Origin: Malacoraja senta
Lineage: Eukaryota
Reading direction: 5' to 3'
DNA length: 64,000 nucleotides
NCBI GenBank assembly: GCA_038087875.1
Contig: CM075989.1
Coordinates: 2,914,001 to 2,978,000 of the forward strand
Positions within the stretch are counted from its first letter, which is position 1; every line of letters starts with the position of its first letter. The translations under genes were made by a program, and so were the position numbers. Of the stretch, positions 1 through 13,092 are shown one piece after another. A model generated the notes under the pieces. That model ran no database searches and was not told where the DNA came from. It saw only the letters and a program-made list of their open reading frames with translations.

Positions 1-10
1 TCCTTGAAAT

Positions 11-191
11 GCCACTTCAGGCAGGGCGCAAGGCCACCAAACTCAAGTGCAGTTTCCTGCCACTTCAGGCAGGGTGCAAGGCCACCAAACTCAAGTGCAG
101 TTTCCTGCCACTTCAGGCAGGGTGCAAGGCCACCAAACTCAAGTGCAGTTTCCTGCCACTTCAGGCAGGGTGCAAAGCCACCAAATTCAAG
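11..191. repeat. 48-bp tandem repeat, ~3.8 copies
   Basis: Unit GCCACTTCAGGCAGGGTGCAAGGCCACCAAACTCAAGTGCAGTTTCCT at 11, 59, 107 and 155. Confidence 0.95.
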
Positions 192-339
192 CCCGCTTTT
201 CAATAAGGCAACACCCGCTTTTCAATAAGGCATCACCCGCTTTTCAATAAGGCAACACCCGCTTTTCAATAAGGCATCACCCACTTTTCAATAAGGCAAC
301 ACCCGCTTTTCAATAAGGCAACACCCGCTTTTCAATAAG
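192..339. repeat. 22-bp tandem repeat, ~6.7 copies
   Basis: Unit CCCGCTTTTCAATAAGGCAACA, head to tail, no spacers. Confidence 0.95.
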
Positions 340-612
340 CCAAAACCAGCTTTTGCATTTTCAAACCAAAAACAGATTTTGCATTTTCAAACCAAAAGCT
401 TTTGCATTTTCAAACCAAAAACAGCTTTTGCATTTTCAAACCAAAAACAGCTTTTGCATTTTCAAACCAAAAAACACTTTAGCAAGCATTTTCAAACCAA
501 AAAACGCTTTTGCATTTTCAAACTAAAAAACACTTTTAGCAAGCATTTTCAAACCAAAAAACAATTTTAGCAAGCATTTTAAAACCAAAAAAACACGTTT
601 GCATTTTCAAAC
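340..612. repeat. Degenerate ~22-31-bp tandem repeat
   Basis: Core GCATTTTCAAACCAAAAA recurs about 10 times. Confidence 0.9.
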
Positions 613-1985
613 CACATTAAGGGCACTCACAGTTTAGCTGCAGTATTATTCACAGCTCAGACTGAGAGACGTGACCCTCTCGCTTCCCCCATCTTGCAGA
701 GACTGACTGAGGCACTCAACACTGCTGGGTTTTATAGTCCCTCCCCCCTCCCACTGGAAGGGGCATGGCCTTCATGGCATGATTGACAGGATAGAGATTC
801 TGAACATTTTTTAAACATTAATAAATCTTTTATTTTTCATCGATGGGAAAAATCCTCTTGTCCTGCCCAGCGGATGGGGACTGAGTAAAATGGCCAAAAA
901 TCGCAGCCATAAGTGGTAACGTTTTTTCTAAAATCAATATGCAGTGCAAACAGGAAGTGGTCAAGATGAGACTTTTAGTAATATAGATAGAAGATAGTTA
1001 GATGGGCCGAATGCAGGCAGGTGGGACTAGCGTTGATGGGGCATTGTAGTCGGCAAGGACAAGTTGCACAGAAGGGCCTGTTCTGTGCTGTCTGACCATG
1101 ACTCTCTGTGAATATGCCACTTAAAATGTTTCTATCTCCATAGGAGCTGCCGGAAGCAGTGAGTATCTCCAGTACTGTCTCACATTCCCCACATCGGCAG
1201 TACCCGGCCTTGTATTTTCATGGCTGGAGCTACATTCCGTATTTCTAGGAGGGCTGTACTTATTGTGACATTCTTACTGGGAGTACTTGGCCTCCAGCAG
1301 ACATGAGTGTGAATTTCATTTAAAGACTAACAAAATCTATCAAATCAAGTCCATCCTAAAAATATCAGCCAGGTTTCCTTGTTGGCTTCTAAACTCCTCC
1401 ACAACTCCCTTGACAGTTTGAAGATTGACTATTCACGTTGCAGTTAATTGAATATATAACTGATCTTGTAAGTGTAATACTCACATTGATCTATCTGTTT
1501 AATATCACCTGCCTTAATAATATCATTAATAGTTCATTTATTGTGTTCTATGCAGCCCGAATGAAACTCAGCTGGTTATTAAAATGAAATATCTCATTAC
1601 AAAAAATTCAATTTTACCAGTTTATTCTGCATTTGAGTGTTACTAATTGAATTTCCTCTTTATTAACTTGAGAAACTGAACAGACTTTAAAATGTATATT
1701 TATGTAAATCATTGAAAGATATTTAATTCATTTTATTTAAAGTCCAACGTAACACAAATAACAACAAAATAGTTCAGGTGACCAATGGGTAGAGATTTGG
1801 TTCTGGCAACTAGTGTATCAACCATGGTTGAGTAGTGGAACAGAAGAACATCTAGACGCCAATACTCTCATTTGAAGTGAAGGAAAGAACTGCAGATGCT
1901 GGTTTAAATCGAAGGTAGACACTCAGGAGTAACTCAGCAGGACAGGCAGCATCTCTCGAGAGAAGGAATGGGTGATGTTTCGGGT

Positions 1986-2520
1986 CGGAAGGACATTCTT
2001 GCTATTGAGGGAGTGCAGCGTAGGTTTACAAGGTTAATTCCTGGGATGGCGGGACTGTCATATGCTGAGAGAATGGAGCGGCTGGGCTTGTATACTTTGG
2101 AATTTAGAAGGATGAGAGGCGATCTTATTGAAACATTTAAGATTATTATGGGTTTGGGCATGCTAGAGGCAGGAAACATGTCCCCGATGTTGGGGGAGTC
2201 CAGAACTAGGGGCCAAAGTTTAAGAACAAGGGGTAAGCCATTTAAAATGGAGATGAGGAAACACTTTTTCACACAGAGAGTTGTGAGTCCGTGGCATTCT
2301 CTGCCTCAGAGGGCGGTGGAGGCCGGTTCTCTGGATACTTTCAAGAGAGAGCTAGATAGGGCTCTTAAAGATAACGGAGTCAGGGGATATGGGGAGAAGG
2401 CAGGAACGGGGTACGGATTGTGGATGATCACCCATGATCACATTGAATGGCGGTGCTGGCTCGAAGGGCCGAATGGCCTACTCCTGCACCTATTTTTCTA
2501 TGTTTCTATGTTTTCTATGT
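1986..2520 (+). mobile_element. CR1/HER1-type LINE 3' fragment
   Basis: ORF2 C-terminus ([19 protein letters not shown]...RGDLIETFKI...FFTQRVV) plus 3' UTR ending in (TTTCTATG)n. Confidence 0.92.
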
Positions 2521-3087
2521 AGGTGTGGACTCCTAGGTATTAGCGAAACCAAGAGGAAGCTTGGCGATCCTTTCTCTGAAAACGTCCGCTCAGTCCGCCT
2601 AAACCAACAGGATCTCCCGGTTGCTAAACACCTTAGCTCCCCCTCCCATTCCCATGCTGACCTTTCTATCCTGGTCCTCCTCCACTGTCAAGATGAGGCC
2701 CAGCACAAATTGTGGGAACAGCACCTCCTATTTTGCTTGGGCAGCTTACACCACAACAGTATGAATAAAAACTTCTCTAACTTCAAGTAAATCTTGCTTT
2801 CCCTCTCTCATCATTCCTCGCCCACCCTAGTTCTCCGACCAGTCTGACTGTTCTCCTGATTAAATTTTCGTTGTCAACTTCCCCTAATTAACAATGATCT
2901 ATTCTATCCTTGATCCTCGTCCATTTTGATGTCTCGTTTTCACACCTTAACCTTCCATATCTCTGTGTCTCCCTCTTCCCTGACTCTCAGTCTGAAGAAG
3001 GGTCTCGATCCAAAACGTCACCCATTCCTTCTCTCCAGAGATGCTGCCTGTCCCACTGAGATACTCCAGCATTTTGTGTCTGTCTTC
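2521..3087 (+). mobile_element. Penelope-like element 3' fragment (GIY-YIG relic plus pLTR with degenerate hammerhead)
   Basis: CGLLGISETKRKLGDPFSENVRSV...EQHLLFCLG...NFSNFK resembles the PLE GIY-YIG C-terminus. CTGAAGAAGGGTCTCGATCCAAAACGTC at ~2992. Confidence 0.8.
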
Positions 3088-3099
3088 GTTGAATACAGC

Positions 3100-4100
3100 C
3101 TATATTGTTTGCAATTCTGGTCGTCCCATTATAGGAAGGATGTGAAGGCTTTAGAGATTGTGCAGAAAAGGGTTACCAGAATGCTGCTTGGATAAGAGGG
3201 CATTAGCTAGAGGGGAGCTTGAATAAATTTGGATTGATTTCTATGGGATGTTGGAGGTTGAGGGGAGACCTGATAGAACTATATTAAAATATAAACTTTG
3301 AGATGCATAGATGCGGTAGACAGTCAGAACATTTTTTTCTCAGCGTGGAAATGTTTAAGACATGAGAGCAATGAGAGGGACAAAGTTTAAAGGTGATATG
3401 TGGGGCAGTTTTTGTTAAACAGAGAGTGATGGATGCCTGGATCGTGCTTCCAGGAACGGTGATATTTAAGAGGCTTTTAGAAAGGCACAAGGATATGCAT
3501 CATGTTCAGCACACACATTGTGGGCCGAAGGGCCTGTTCCTGTGCTGTACTCTTCTGTGTTCTATGTTCAACTACCCTGAAGAATCTTCAACTCCTGAAG
3601 AATCTTCAACAGAAGGGTGTGGAGGCCAAGTCAGTCGATATTTTTAAGGCAACAATAAGGTATATTTTTGATTAGTACAGGTATCAGAGGTTGTAGAAAC
3701 ATAGAAACATAGAAAAAGCGCAGGAGGAGGTCATTTGGCCCTTCGAGCCAGCACCGCCATTCATTGTGATCATGGCTGATCGTCCCCAATCAATAACCCG
3801 TGCCTGCCTTCTCCCCATATCCCTTGATTCCACTAGCCCCTAGAGCTCTATCTAACTCTCTCTTAAATCCATCCAGTGATTTGGCCTCCACTGCCCTCTG
3901 TGGCAGGGAATTACACAAATTCACAACTCTCTGGGTGAAAACGTTTTTTCTCACCTCAGTCTTAAATGGCTTCCCCTTTATTCTTATGGGGAGTAGGCAG
4001 GAGAATGGGGTTAGGAGGGAGAGTTGGATCAGCCATAATTGAATGGCGGAGTGGACTTGATGGGCCGAATGGCCTAATTCTATTCCTCACACTTATGACC
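3100..4100. mobile_element. Cluster of degraded CR1 3' fragments (plus) with a younger minus-strand CR1 3' end at ~3695-3983
   Basis: QFWSSHYRKDVKALEIVQKR; (AGAAACAT)n tail on the minus copy. Confidence 0.8.
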
Positions 4101-4407
4101 TTACAACCACCATTACCACCACCACAAGTTTCCATCTTCCTCCTTCCTTGTATTTTCTCCACAAAGACTTTGATTGGATGTACTCCCAAACTGGGCAACT
4201 CATGACATTATGCCAACAACGCTTCTGCCTCTGTCTACTCATCATGGGAAGTCTGTTCCCCATCTCCCACCCACATCGCCAAATAAAATGTCTAGTCATT
4301 CGCTGAGTTGATAGTCTTTGTCAGTCGGTAAAGCATTGCTTTCTCCCAACTCTAATATTTTCAGTGAGCAAAAATGTTGAATGAACATTATTTAAGAAGA
4401 GATCTAC

Positions 4408-4688
4408 GGCATGGTGGCGCAGCGATGCTGCCTGAGAGCGGCGGAGACCCGGGTTGGATCCTGACGACAGATGCAAATGTACAGAGTTTGTACCTTCTCC
4501 CTGTGACTGCGTGGGTTTACTCCAGGTCCTCCGGTTTCCTCCCACACTCCACAGATGGACAGCTTTGTAGGTTAATTTCGCTTCTGTACATAGTAAATTG
4601 TTCCTCGTGTGTAGGATAATGCGGGGTGATCGCTGGTTGGCACGGACTCTGTGGGCCGAAGGGCCTTTTCTGCACCGTATCTCTAAAG
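4408..4688 (+). mobile_element. HE1-type tRNA-derived SINE
   Basis: A-box TGGCGCAGCG, B-box-like GGTTGGATCC, CR1-derived tail GGGCCGAAGGGCC...TATCTCTAAA. Confidence 0.85.
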
Positions 4689-6292
4689 TCTACAGGTCAG
4701 GACCCTTCATCACACTGATTGTAGTAAGGAAGTAGATGTCTTCCAGAGATGCAGCCTGACCCATTGCGTTACTCCAACACTTTGTATTAAGATATTTGAG
4801 TTGGGGAATGCTGAACTTTCAATAGTTCATGTTTCCTTATGACATACAAGGAGATAATTCAGCACAGTGACTCTTTCCTGGCTCCCAACCACCAACATGC
4901 TTTTCCTGGAGCCTTTTCTCCCCACGTTTTCTATCAAATCAATTCCCCCTCTCACTTAATCACTACGGATCATTTACAGGAGCCAATTAACCTGTCAACC
5001 CACAGGTTTTTGTGGTGTTGGAAGAAACCGGAGCACAAAGGAGACAATCATGCCGTCATAGAGGGAACAATTCCAGAGATTGGGATCAAACCTGGATGTG
5101 TGGGACAGCAGTTCTGCCAGTTTCACCACTCTAGTACCCTGCTTTTCTGTAGTATGGGTGTCAGGGGTTACGGAGAGAAGGCAGGAGAATGGGGTTGAGA
5201 AGGAATGATAGATCAGCCATGGTTGAATGGCAGAATAGACAGAGTCATAGTTATAGAATGATACAGTGTGGAAACAGTCCCTTCAGCGCAACTTGCCCAC
5301 ACTGGCCAACATGTCCCAGCTGCACTAGTCCCATCTGCCTGCGCTTGATCCATATCCTTCCAAACTTCTCCTACCCATGTAGGACCGAGTTAATGGACCG
5401 ATGGCCTAATTCTGCTTCTATAACTTATGAACTTAAGAACTTATGCACTTTTTGTCTCTGATTGCCATCCAGTGATCTGAACATGAGGGAGAAGGAGAAC
5501 CAGCCAAGTGCTAAACCCATTCCTACCAACCAATCCCAGAAGCGGGAACTGCAAGTATTCAGGCAACCTAACCCTATCTCATTTCTGTGATATTATAAAT
5601 CGGGAAAGAAACATTTTGATTTGTGTTTCTGTACAATTATTTTTACAAGCCAAAGATGGGAAAATCCGATGATTACAACTGGATATTTTACTGCCATTAG
5701 AAAACTTAACTCACGTTTCTGCCTTCAAAGACACTCAGAAAATAGATTTTGTTGAAAACAGTGATCTCCCGCTGGTTTGACTTAAAGCTAAACTTACAAC
5801 TGAGAAAATAAAAGAATATTTGAAAAGAAAAATCACTCAATTAGAAATGTTATAACTGAATGCATTTCCCGAGAGCATTTTTTTATTGATATGGAGAGGT
5901 TTAATGGCAAGGCCATCATTTATTTCCTGTTCCTTATGTTCTAATGAGATAGTGGTCAGCCACCTTTTTGTTTCAAATGAGTGTCTCGTTTGAGTATTTC
6001 CAGACCAGTGCGTGATTGTCATATGCACAAGTACAGTGAGTTACAGGATACAATGAATATCTTACATGCAGCAGCTTTGCAGGCACATAGACTCGGCCAA
6101 ACACACAGAAACAATTTAATTGAAAGGTTGAAAGATACAGCAGGGAATCAGACCCTTTGTCCCACTGAGTTCACTCGGACCATCGCTCACAGGTTCACAT
6201 TAGTTCCATGTTATTCCACTTTTGCATCCATTCCATATGTGCAATTTACAGAAGCCAATCAACATACAAGCCTGCGAGTTTCGGCACGGCAA

Positions 6293-6612
6293 GGGGCGGC
6301 ACAGTGGCGCAGCGGTGGAGTTGCTGCTTTACAGCGCTTGCAGCGTCGGAGACCCGGGTTCGATCTCAACTATGGGTGCTGTCTGTATGAAGTTTGTACG
6401 TTCTCCCCGTGACCGTGTGGGTTTTCCCCACAGATCTTCGGTTTCCTCCCACACTCCAAAGACATACAGGTTTGTAAGTTAATTGGCTTGGTATAAATGT
6501 AAATTGTCCCTAGTGTGTGTAGGATAACTTTAGTGTGCGGCGATCGCTGGTTGGCACGGGCTTGATGGGCCGAAGGGTCTGTTTCTGCACTGTAAGCTAA
6601 ACTAAACTTACT
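6293..6612 (+). mobile_element. HE1-type SINE
   Basis: A-box TGGCGCAGCGG, B-box GGTTCGATCT, (CTAAA)n tail. Confidence 0.9.
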
Positions 6613-7261
6613 TACAATATGTAAGATGCACTGGCATTGCCAACACTGATGCCCCATCTCTACCTGCCCTGGGAAAATGGCAGAGGGAGCCTTCCTGAAA
6701 CTTTGCAGTTCCTCTGGTGAATGGATCCGTTCTTCATTCCAAATTTTATTTAATGAACGGAATTAAAGTTCCTCGGCTCTTGTGACGGGATTTCATCTCT
6801 TGCCTCCAGTTCCTTTCTCCTGTTCTCTGGACTAATAGCTATCATCCCCAATTATAAACTCCAGTGGAAGTACCCATTCTGCAAACTGATTACACCTTAA
6901 TTACACATTTAACAGTGATTTAATTACATGGTGCCAATTTCGATGTTCGCAGCTCCTATTACAAACGTGGCCTCAGGAATTAATAACAGATTTATCAAAA
7001 AATATTTTTTTAAAGATAATTAGTGCAATTCAATGTGCCACTGCTATAACCCAATAAATATTGTGATTTTGGAGATCATTTTCACTACATGAATCAGTGA
7101 CACTATGTTTTGCAATATCGTCCGAATACAATAACCACTTACTGTTATATAACTTCCTCATTGTCTTGGAGCAGAGACACAAAATGCTGGAGTAACTCAG
7201 CAGACCATGTTCAGACCTGCAGCATCTGCAGTTCCGTCTTAAACATCTTCAGACCATCAGT

Positions 7262-7289
7262 CTGAAGAAGGGTCTCGACCCGAAACGTC
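7262..7289 (+). ncRNA. Minimal hammerhead ribozyme motif in a Penelope-derived short repeat (best-preserved copy)
   Basis: CUGAAGA-A-GGGU(CUCG)ACCC-GAAAC-GUC: both catalytic core boxes, helix II and palindromic ACGU helix III, as in minimal PLE hammerheads. Confidence 0.7.
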
Positions 7290-7396
7290 ACCCATTCCTT
7301 CTCTCCAGAGTTGCTGCCTGTCCCGCTGAGTTATTCCAGCATTTTGTGTCTATTTTTGAATTCACTTCTTTTAGATGTTACACAGTAGCACATATG

Positions 7397-8275
7397 TTTA
7401 GTTTAGTTTAGTTTAGAGATACAGTGTGGAAACAGGCCCTTCGGCTTAAGGCTCTGTCTTATCTGTTTGCGGTCATCGGCGGTGAAGCGCGACTTCGCCT
7501 GTAGAGTGGACCGCGCAGCAACGGCGAGAGCGCCGAGCCTATCCACGGGAGCGCCGCACGGATGCTGCGCGGGGGCCGAGTGATTCAAATACGGCGAGTC
7601 CCACGTGCTCGCGGTAAGTAAAAAAAGGCCGGGCCGACTGCGGTGACGTCGGCCCGCCGCACGTGACTCACGAGCGGCGGCTGTGGCGGCGGCCGTCCTG
7701 ATCGCGGCGCTGTAGCGGTGGCTGCGCCTGCGGCCGTGCCGCACACGTGCCTCACTGGCGGAGGCTGTGGCAGTGGAAGTTTGACGCACGGCGCTCGAGC
7801 CACACTGGCGGCGGCCCGTGCGGGCGGCCGTGCCGCACTCGTGCATCACTGGTGGAGGTTGTGCGGTAAGAATATAGTTTTCAACAGTGTAGGTTTTATT
7901 TTAGCACCGTGCGGTGTTGGGAACACCGCCGCACGGCCCCGGAATTGTGCGTTCTCACGAGTGCGCGGTCTATGGCGGCAGATTCTTCCCGTTTCGCCGC
8001 CAATGACTGCAAACTCGTGAGACAGGCCTTTTACCGTGTCTGCGCCGACCATCGATCCCCGCACACAAGCACTATCCTGCACACTAGGGACAATTTATCA
8101 TTTTTACTGAAGCCAATTAACATACAAACCTGTATGTCGTTGCAGTGTGGGAGGAAACCGGAGCACCCGGGGAAAACCCACGTGGTCACGGGGAGAATAT
8201 GCAAACTCTGTACAGTACAGACAGCACTCTGGCGCTGTAAGGCAGCAACTCTACCGCTGCGTCACCGTGCCCCCC
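7397..8275 (-). mobile_element. HE1-type SINE split by a Harbinger-like MITE
   Basis: SINE tail at 7397-7448; body resumes at 8031. Confidence 0.85.
7449..8030. mobile_element. PIF/Harbinger-like MITE, GC/CpG-rich
   Basis: Imperfect TIRs AGGCTCTGTCTTATCTGTTTGCGGTCATCGGCGG / CCGCCAATGACTGCAAACTCGTGAGACAGGCCTT; TTA TSD at 7446-7448 and 8031-8033. Confidence 0.75.
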
Positions 8276-8781
8276 TAATGTTGTGGTGAACCCAGTGAGC
8301 TTAAAGGAAACGTGAAGACCAAGGCTTCTGTGTCTTGATAGAGAGCCTGAGGAACAGGTGCGAAGGGCCTGTTTCCAAGCTGTATCTCTAAATTAAACTA
8401 AACTAATCAACCTGTACAGATCTAAGCTCTGATTCGGAAGGATGTAGAACTCGTTGACTATGCAGTAGCAGCTTCTGATTGAGGTGTAATCAGTTGTCTT
8501 GATTCATGCAATGTCTTGGACTGTCTGCTCCAATCTGCCTGTGTTGTCAAATATATCGGCTGAACATCTTCACCTATTTCATTTGGATGAAGTTATCAAA
8601 GAGTGATCTTAAATAATGCAGCAACTGCATGCATATCAGTTAAGTAGCAAAGGAAACGTGGCTGATTCGCTAACAGTGTGGCCATTATTCTAAAGATATT
8701 AAGAAAGCAATAATTGGCTACAAGTTGAAGCGTACCAAGTTGTTCAACAACTCCCTCAGGGGGAGTAGCTGCGATTAATAT

Positions 8782-9240
8782 AGTGAGTAGTGAGTCTGTG
8801 GAATTCTCTGCGGAGGCCGGTTCTCTGGATACTTTCAAGAGAGAGCTAGATAGGGCTCTTAAAGATAGCGGAGTCAGGGGATATGGGGAGAAGGCAGGAA
8901 CGGGGTACTGATTGGGGATGATCAGCCATGATCACATTAGAAACATAGAAACATAGAAAATAGGTGCAGGAGGAGGCCATTCGGCCCTTCGAGCCAGCAC
9001 CGCCATTCATTGTGATCATGGCTGATTGTCCCCAATCAATAACCCGTGCCTGCCTTCTCCCCATATCCCATGATTCCGCTAGCCCCTAGAGCTCTATCTA
9101 AATCTCTCTTAAATCCATCCAGTGATTTAGTCTCCACTGCCCTCTGTGGCAGGGAATTCCACATATTCCACATTCAATGGCGGTGCTGGCTCGAAGGGCT
9201 GAATGGCCTACTCCTGCACCTGTTGTCTATTGTCTATTGC
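8782..9240. mobile_element. CR1 3' end (plus) with a minus-strand CR1 3' end nested at 8939-9168
   Basis: TSD CACATT at 8933-8938 and 9169-9174. Confidence 0.85.
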
Positions 9241-9379
9241 CTAATGGAGGCCCCTGAGGCTTTAATAACATTGAGATGATTTTCTTTATAATCAAGAAAA
9301 CATAGGAAAATTAAAGCAGGGTCAAGTAGCCTTGCCCCACAAGCCTGCCCCGACATTCTCCATGATCATGGCCCAGGTC

Positions 9380-11026
9380 CAGGGCCGGATTTACATATAA
9401 GCTTCACAAGCTTAAGCTTAGGGCCTCGAGATCTAGGGGGGCTACGGCAGGGCCGGATTTACCTATAGGCTACATAGGTTGAAGCCTAGGGCCTCAAAAT
9501 CTAGGGGGCCTCCAGCCAAGGAGTTTTTTTCCCAGAGTAAAAAAAATCCAGAGAAAAAAAAAATTGGAGCGCTATCAGCGTTTCCGCTTTGATGGAAATT
9601 ACCCGAAATTCTGTTTCCGGCACGCTGGAAGTTTTGGGGGAAAAAATTGCAAGCATCCGCGCCTGCGCAGTTGGGGGAAGCTGGTGACGCAGTAGTGACA
9701 CAAAATGACGCTGTCTCTCCGCGCGTGCGCAGTGGGCCCGGGCGGGTTCAGATCTCCATTTTCAATCCACACAATCACCTTGATGCCTCGTGTCTACTCC
9801 AGGTAAGTAGTGAAATATTGCGTTGCGGGAGTGCCCGTTTCTCCGGGCCGGGGGGGGCTGCGGTGTTTGCGCCGCAGAGTCGGAGCCTCGCTGCGTGGGA
9901 GGGAGAGGGGGAGGGAGGGAGAGGGGGGGGGGGGTTGTGAGAGTGGGAAAGGGGGTTTGAGACGGGGAGAGAGAGGAAGGGGAGGGGGAGAGAGAGAGAG
10001 GGGAAGGGGGAGGGGAGAGAGAGAGATGGGGAGGGAGAGGGAGTGGGAAGGAGGGGGAGAGGGAAAGGGGGATTATCTTTAGTGAGATTGCAAAATTAAG
10101 GTAGGTTTTAGAGCAATTAAATGTTCTCCTCCATATGAATAATATTAAACAATTGGAACTGCTTTCTTTTCCTTGATAACAATACTGAAAAATATGTATT
10201 CCATAGTTTGCGACTTTTATTTTGCATCATATTTTTAATGTGCACACACTAACACAGTCGAACAGTAACAGGCAATCAAATCAAACCTTATTTTTCTAAA
10301 ATAAGGTTTTTTTACTGCAAAAACTTACAGTATTTTATTTGAAGTGTTTGCATGCTCCTGTATTACAATTTACATAACATTTTACAGTACATCTTGATTA
10401 TTAAAACAAGGACAACTTCAATTCTCGATTTAAAAAAATGTATACAACAATGATCCCAGTCATCCCATTCCACCCACTCATTACTCTTGACTCAACCAAA
10501 ATTATTTCTGAAATATTGGTCATAAATTTGGTGCAAAAATGCTCAAAAATAAGGCTCAGAATGCACCAGAGAGCATCTAAAGACCCCGGCCGCAAGGGTC
10601 TTTGAGCTTCGCGCTTGTGATATGCACTGCGTGCACTTATTTCACATAACATTTTTGTAATCCTGCCATGCCACCCCCATTTTTGAAAAGCTTCGTACGG
10701 GCCTGGTGTAAAATATTTTTGACACTCTCATAGGCCTTTCTTACATATGCTGTCACAACGCACTGTAGTCTCTAAACAACACTTCAGTAATTTTCCTTGC
10801 CCTCCATTTCAGAATAATAGTGTTTTAAGCCGATAACTCGACACTAGCACTGGCAATAAATAAAAAGCGCAGCTTTCCAGCCCTCACCTCATTGGCCGCG
10901 CTTGGCTGAACATCGGTGTCAATCTTTTGGACTCTTCCATCTTCTGCTCGTCATGGGGGTGGGGGATTGGGATGGGCCTCACAAGTGGAATAGCCTAGGG
11001 CCTCTCTTCATCTAAATCCGGCCCTG
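9380..11026. mobile_element. Non-autonomous hAT-superfamily DNA transposon (composite)
   Basis: 14-bp TIR CAGGGCCGGATTTA / TAAATCCGGCCCTG; perfect 8-bp TSD CCCAGGTC (9372-9379, 11027-11034); no transposase ORF. Confidence 0.9.
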
Positions 11027-11106
11027 CCCAGGTCTCAACTCCTCGTCTCTCTAATCCCACATAACCCTAATTTCCCCTACTTTAAAAAATATATCTATCT
11101 ATATTA

Positions 11107-11415
11107 GGGGCGGCACGGTGGCACAGCGATAGGATTGCTGCCTTACAGCACCAGAGACTCGGGTACGATCCTGAGTACGGGTGCTGTCTGTATGGTGTTT
11201 GTAAGTTCTCCCCATGACTTGTGTGGGTTTTCTCCAGGTGCTCTGGTTTCCTACCACACTCCAAAGGCGTACAGGTTTGTAGGCTAATTGGCTTCTGTCA
11301 ATTGTAAATTGTCCCTGGTGTGTAGTATAGTGTTAGTGTGCGGGTATCGCTGGTCAGCACGGCCTCAGTGGGCCGAAGGGCCTGTTTCTCCGCTGTATCT
11401 CTAAACTAAACTAAA
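11107..11415 (+). mobile_element. HE1-type SINE
   Basis: tRNA-like head and TCTCTAAACTAAACTAAA tail. Confidence 0.9.
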
Positions 11416-12187
11416 CCTCAGTAAATATCTACAATTATCTAACCTACACGATCTCCTGGCAGAGTTAACATTACCCGGAGCGAGAAGAAATTTCTATGCA
11501 TCTCACTTATGGGTGTCAGGGGTCATGGGGCAAAGGCAGGAGAATTGCGTTAGGAGGGAGAGATAGATCAGCCTTGTTTGATTGGCGGAGTAGACTTGAT
11601 GGGCCGAATGGCCTAATTCTGCTCCTATCACTTATGACATTAAGACCTTGGAATGACCATTCAGGAGTCAAGAGTTTCATTGTCATATATACTGGTAACA
11701 GAACATTTAAGTTTTTGACAAAGACACAGAGTGCTGGAGTAACTCAGCAGGTCAGGCAGCATCTCCGGAGACCATGGATAGGTGACGTTTCAGGATGGGA
11801 CCTTCCTCAGACTGACTGTAGGGGGAGTGGGAAAGAAAGCTGGAAGAGACAGGGGACAGGACAGAGCACGACCAGAGATGGGTGAACATGGGCGAGGGGG
11901 TGGTTTGATAGACAGATTGTTGGACGAAGGCCAGACTCGAAAATACAGGCTTGAGCCCAAAAAGGATAAAGCGTCTCAAATGGTGACCCCCGAGGAAAGA
12001 AAAGTTGCGAATTGTGGCGTCTTTGGAAGAGATGCAAGAGGGGGGGGGGGGTGAGAAAACGGTGCAATGTCAGCCTGGGTTCAGGGGAGGGGAGTGGGGG
12101 GTGGGGGAGAAATGGAGGGGGAGTTCCTGGGGAAGAAAGGAGATGGAGAAGGGGACTGTGTGAGGCTTAATTCACATCAATTCACCA

Positions 12188-12500
12188 GTTTAGTTTAATT
12201 TAGTTTATTGTCACATGTACCGAGGTACAGTGAAAAGCTTTTGTTGTGTGCTATCCAGTCAGCAGAAAGACAATACATGATTACAATTGAGCCATTTACA
12301 GTGTACAGATACATGATAAGGGAATAATGTTTAGTGGAAGATAAAGCCAGTAAAGTCCGATCAAGGATAGTCCGAGGGTCACCAATGAGGTAGATAATAG
12401 CTCCGCACTGCTCTCTGGTTGTGGTAGGATGATTCAGTTGCCTGATAACAGCTGGGAAGAAACTGTCCCTGAATCTGGAGGTGTGCGTTTTCACACTTCG
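12188..12500 (-). mobile_element. Rex1/Babar-like LINE 3' end
   Basis: KTHTSRFRDSFFPAVIRQLN C-terminus; 3' end TTTTCACTGTACCTCGGTACATGTGACAATAAACTAAA. Confidence 0.75.
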
Positions 12501-13092
12501 TTTTGATATTTTGAATGGCTATCTCTCCACCGCCACCACCTAGCACCCACTCACAGCCTCATCTATTGCCCAAACAATGTCCAGCTTCATTGGAGCCATT
12601 CCAAACCCAACCTCCTCCGCCTCATCTCATCCCCTGAACCACCAGGGTTATTGTAGAGCCACAGCAAACATATATATAGCAATAAGTAATGAATAATTCA
12701 GTTATCTGAAAGGCCAAATGTACAGTGCTCAGCCGAGTTCTCTACACGATGGGACATTATGTGTTCTTTCTACATTCACCTTCCTCCCAGCTTGCTAAAA
12801 CATGTCTTCTCATCCCATCCAGTCTAATCTATTAGAGCTCTGCAGAATGTTGATGGCTGTTCCCAAGGCTCAACTTTAAGGCCATTATTATTCCATTTAT
12901 TAATTAACGACTGCCAGTGATACCCTGTTCAGCCGGTATGTCTGGAGCTGTCTGTTTCTATGAGACCACTTCAGTTAATGGCTCCCCACACTTAGCGGCA
13001 GGGAAAATGGATGAAGCTGTAAGGAGATGGAGAGGCAGAAAGAAAGGAGCCTGCTGCCTAGAGTAATGTTGGGCAATCAGTATGTTGTATAA

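Larger units (their letters stand above)
1..987 (-). mobile_element. Non-autonomous Helitron, 5' part (runs off left edge of window)
   Basis: Minus strand begins A|TCTATATTACTAAAAGTCTCATCTTGACCACTTCCTG at 987. About 350 nt align with the 5' end of the complete Helitron at 18698. Interior is made of tandem repeats. Confidence 0.75.

Noticed and set aside
11..612. Regular short repeats resembling a CRISPR array
   Set aside because: Head-to-tail units with no unique spacers, no cas genes, eukaryotic context.
6293..6375. tRNA gene-like A and B boxes (and in all similar copies)
   Set aside because: They are SINE heads continuing into the SINE body and LINE-derived tail; no complete cloverleaf.
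7403..8289. Overlapping Ala/Arg-rich ORFs and CpG-island-like composition
   Set aside because: Lie within a TIR/TSD-bounded MITE and a SINE; high GC suppresses stops.
12855..12920. Possible host exon in unique-looking DNA
   Set aside because: Reads as a very old LINE RT relic (VPQGS...PLL...IND-like) with frameshifts.
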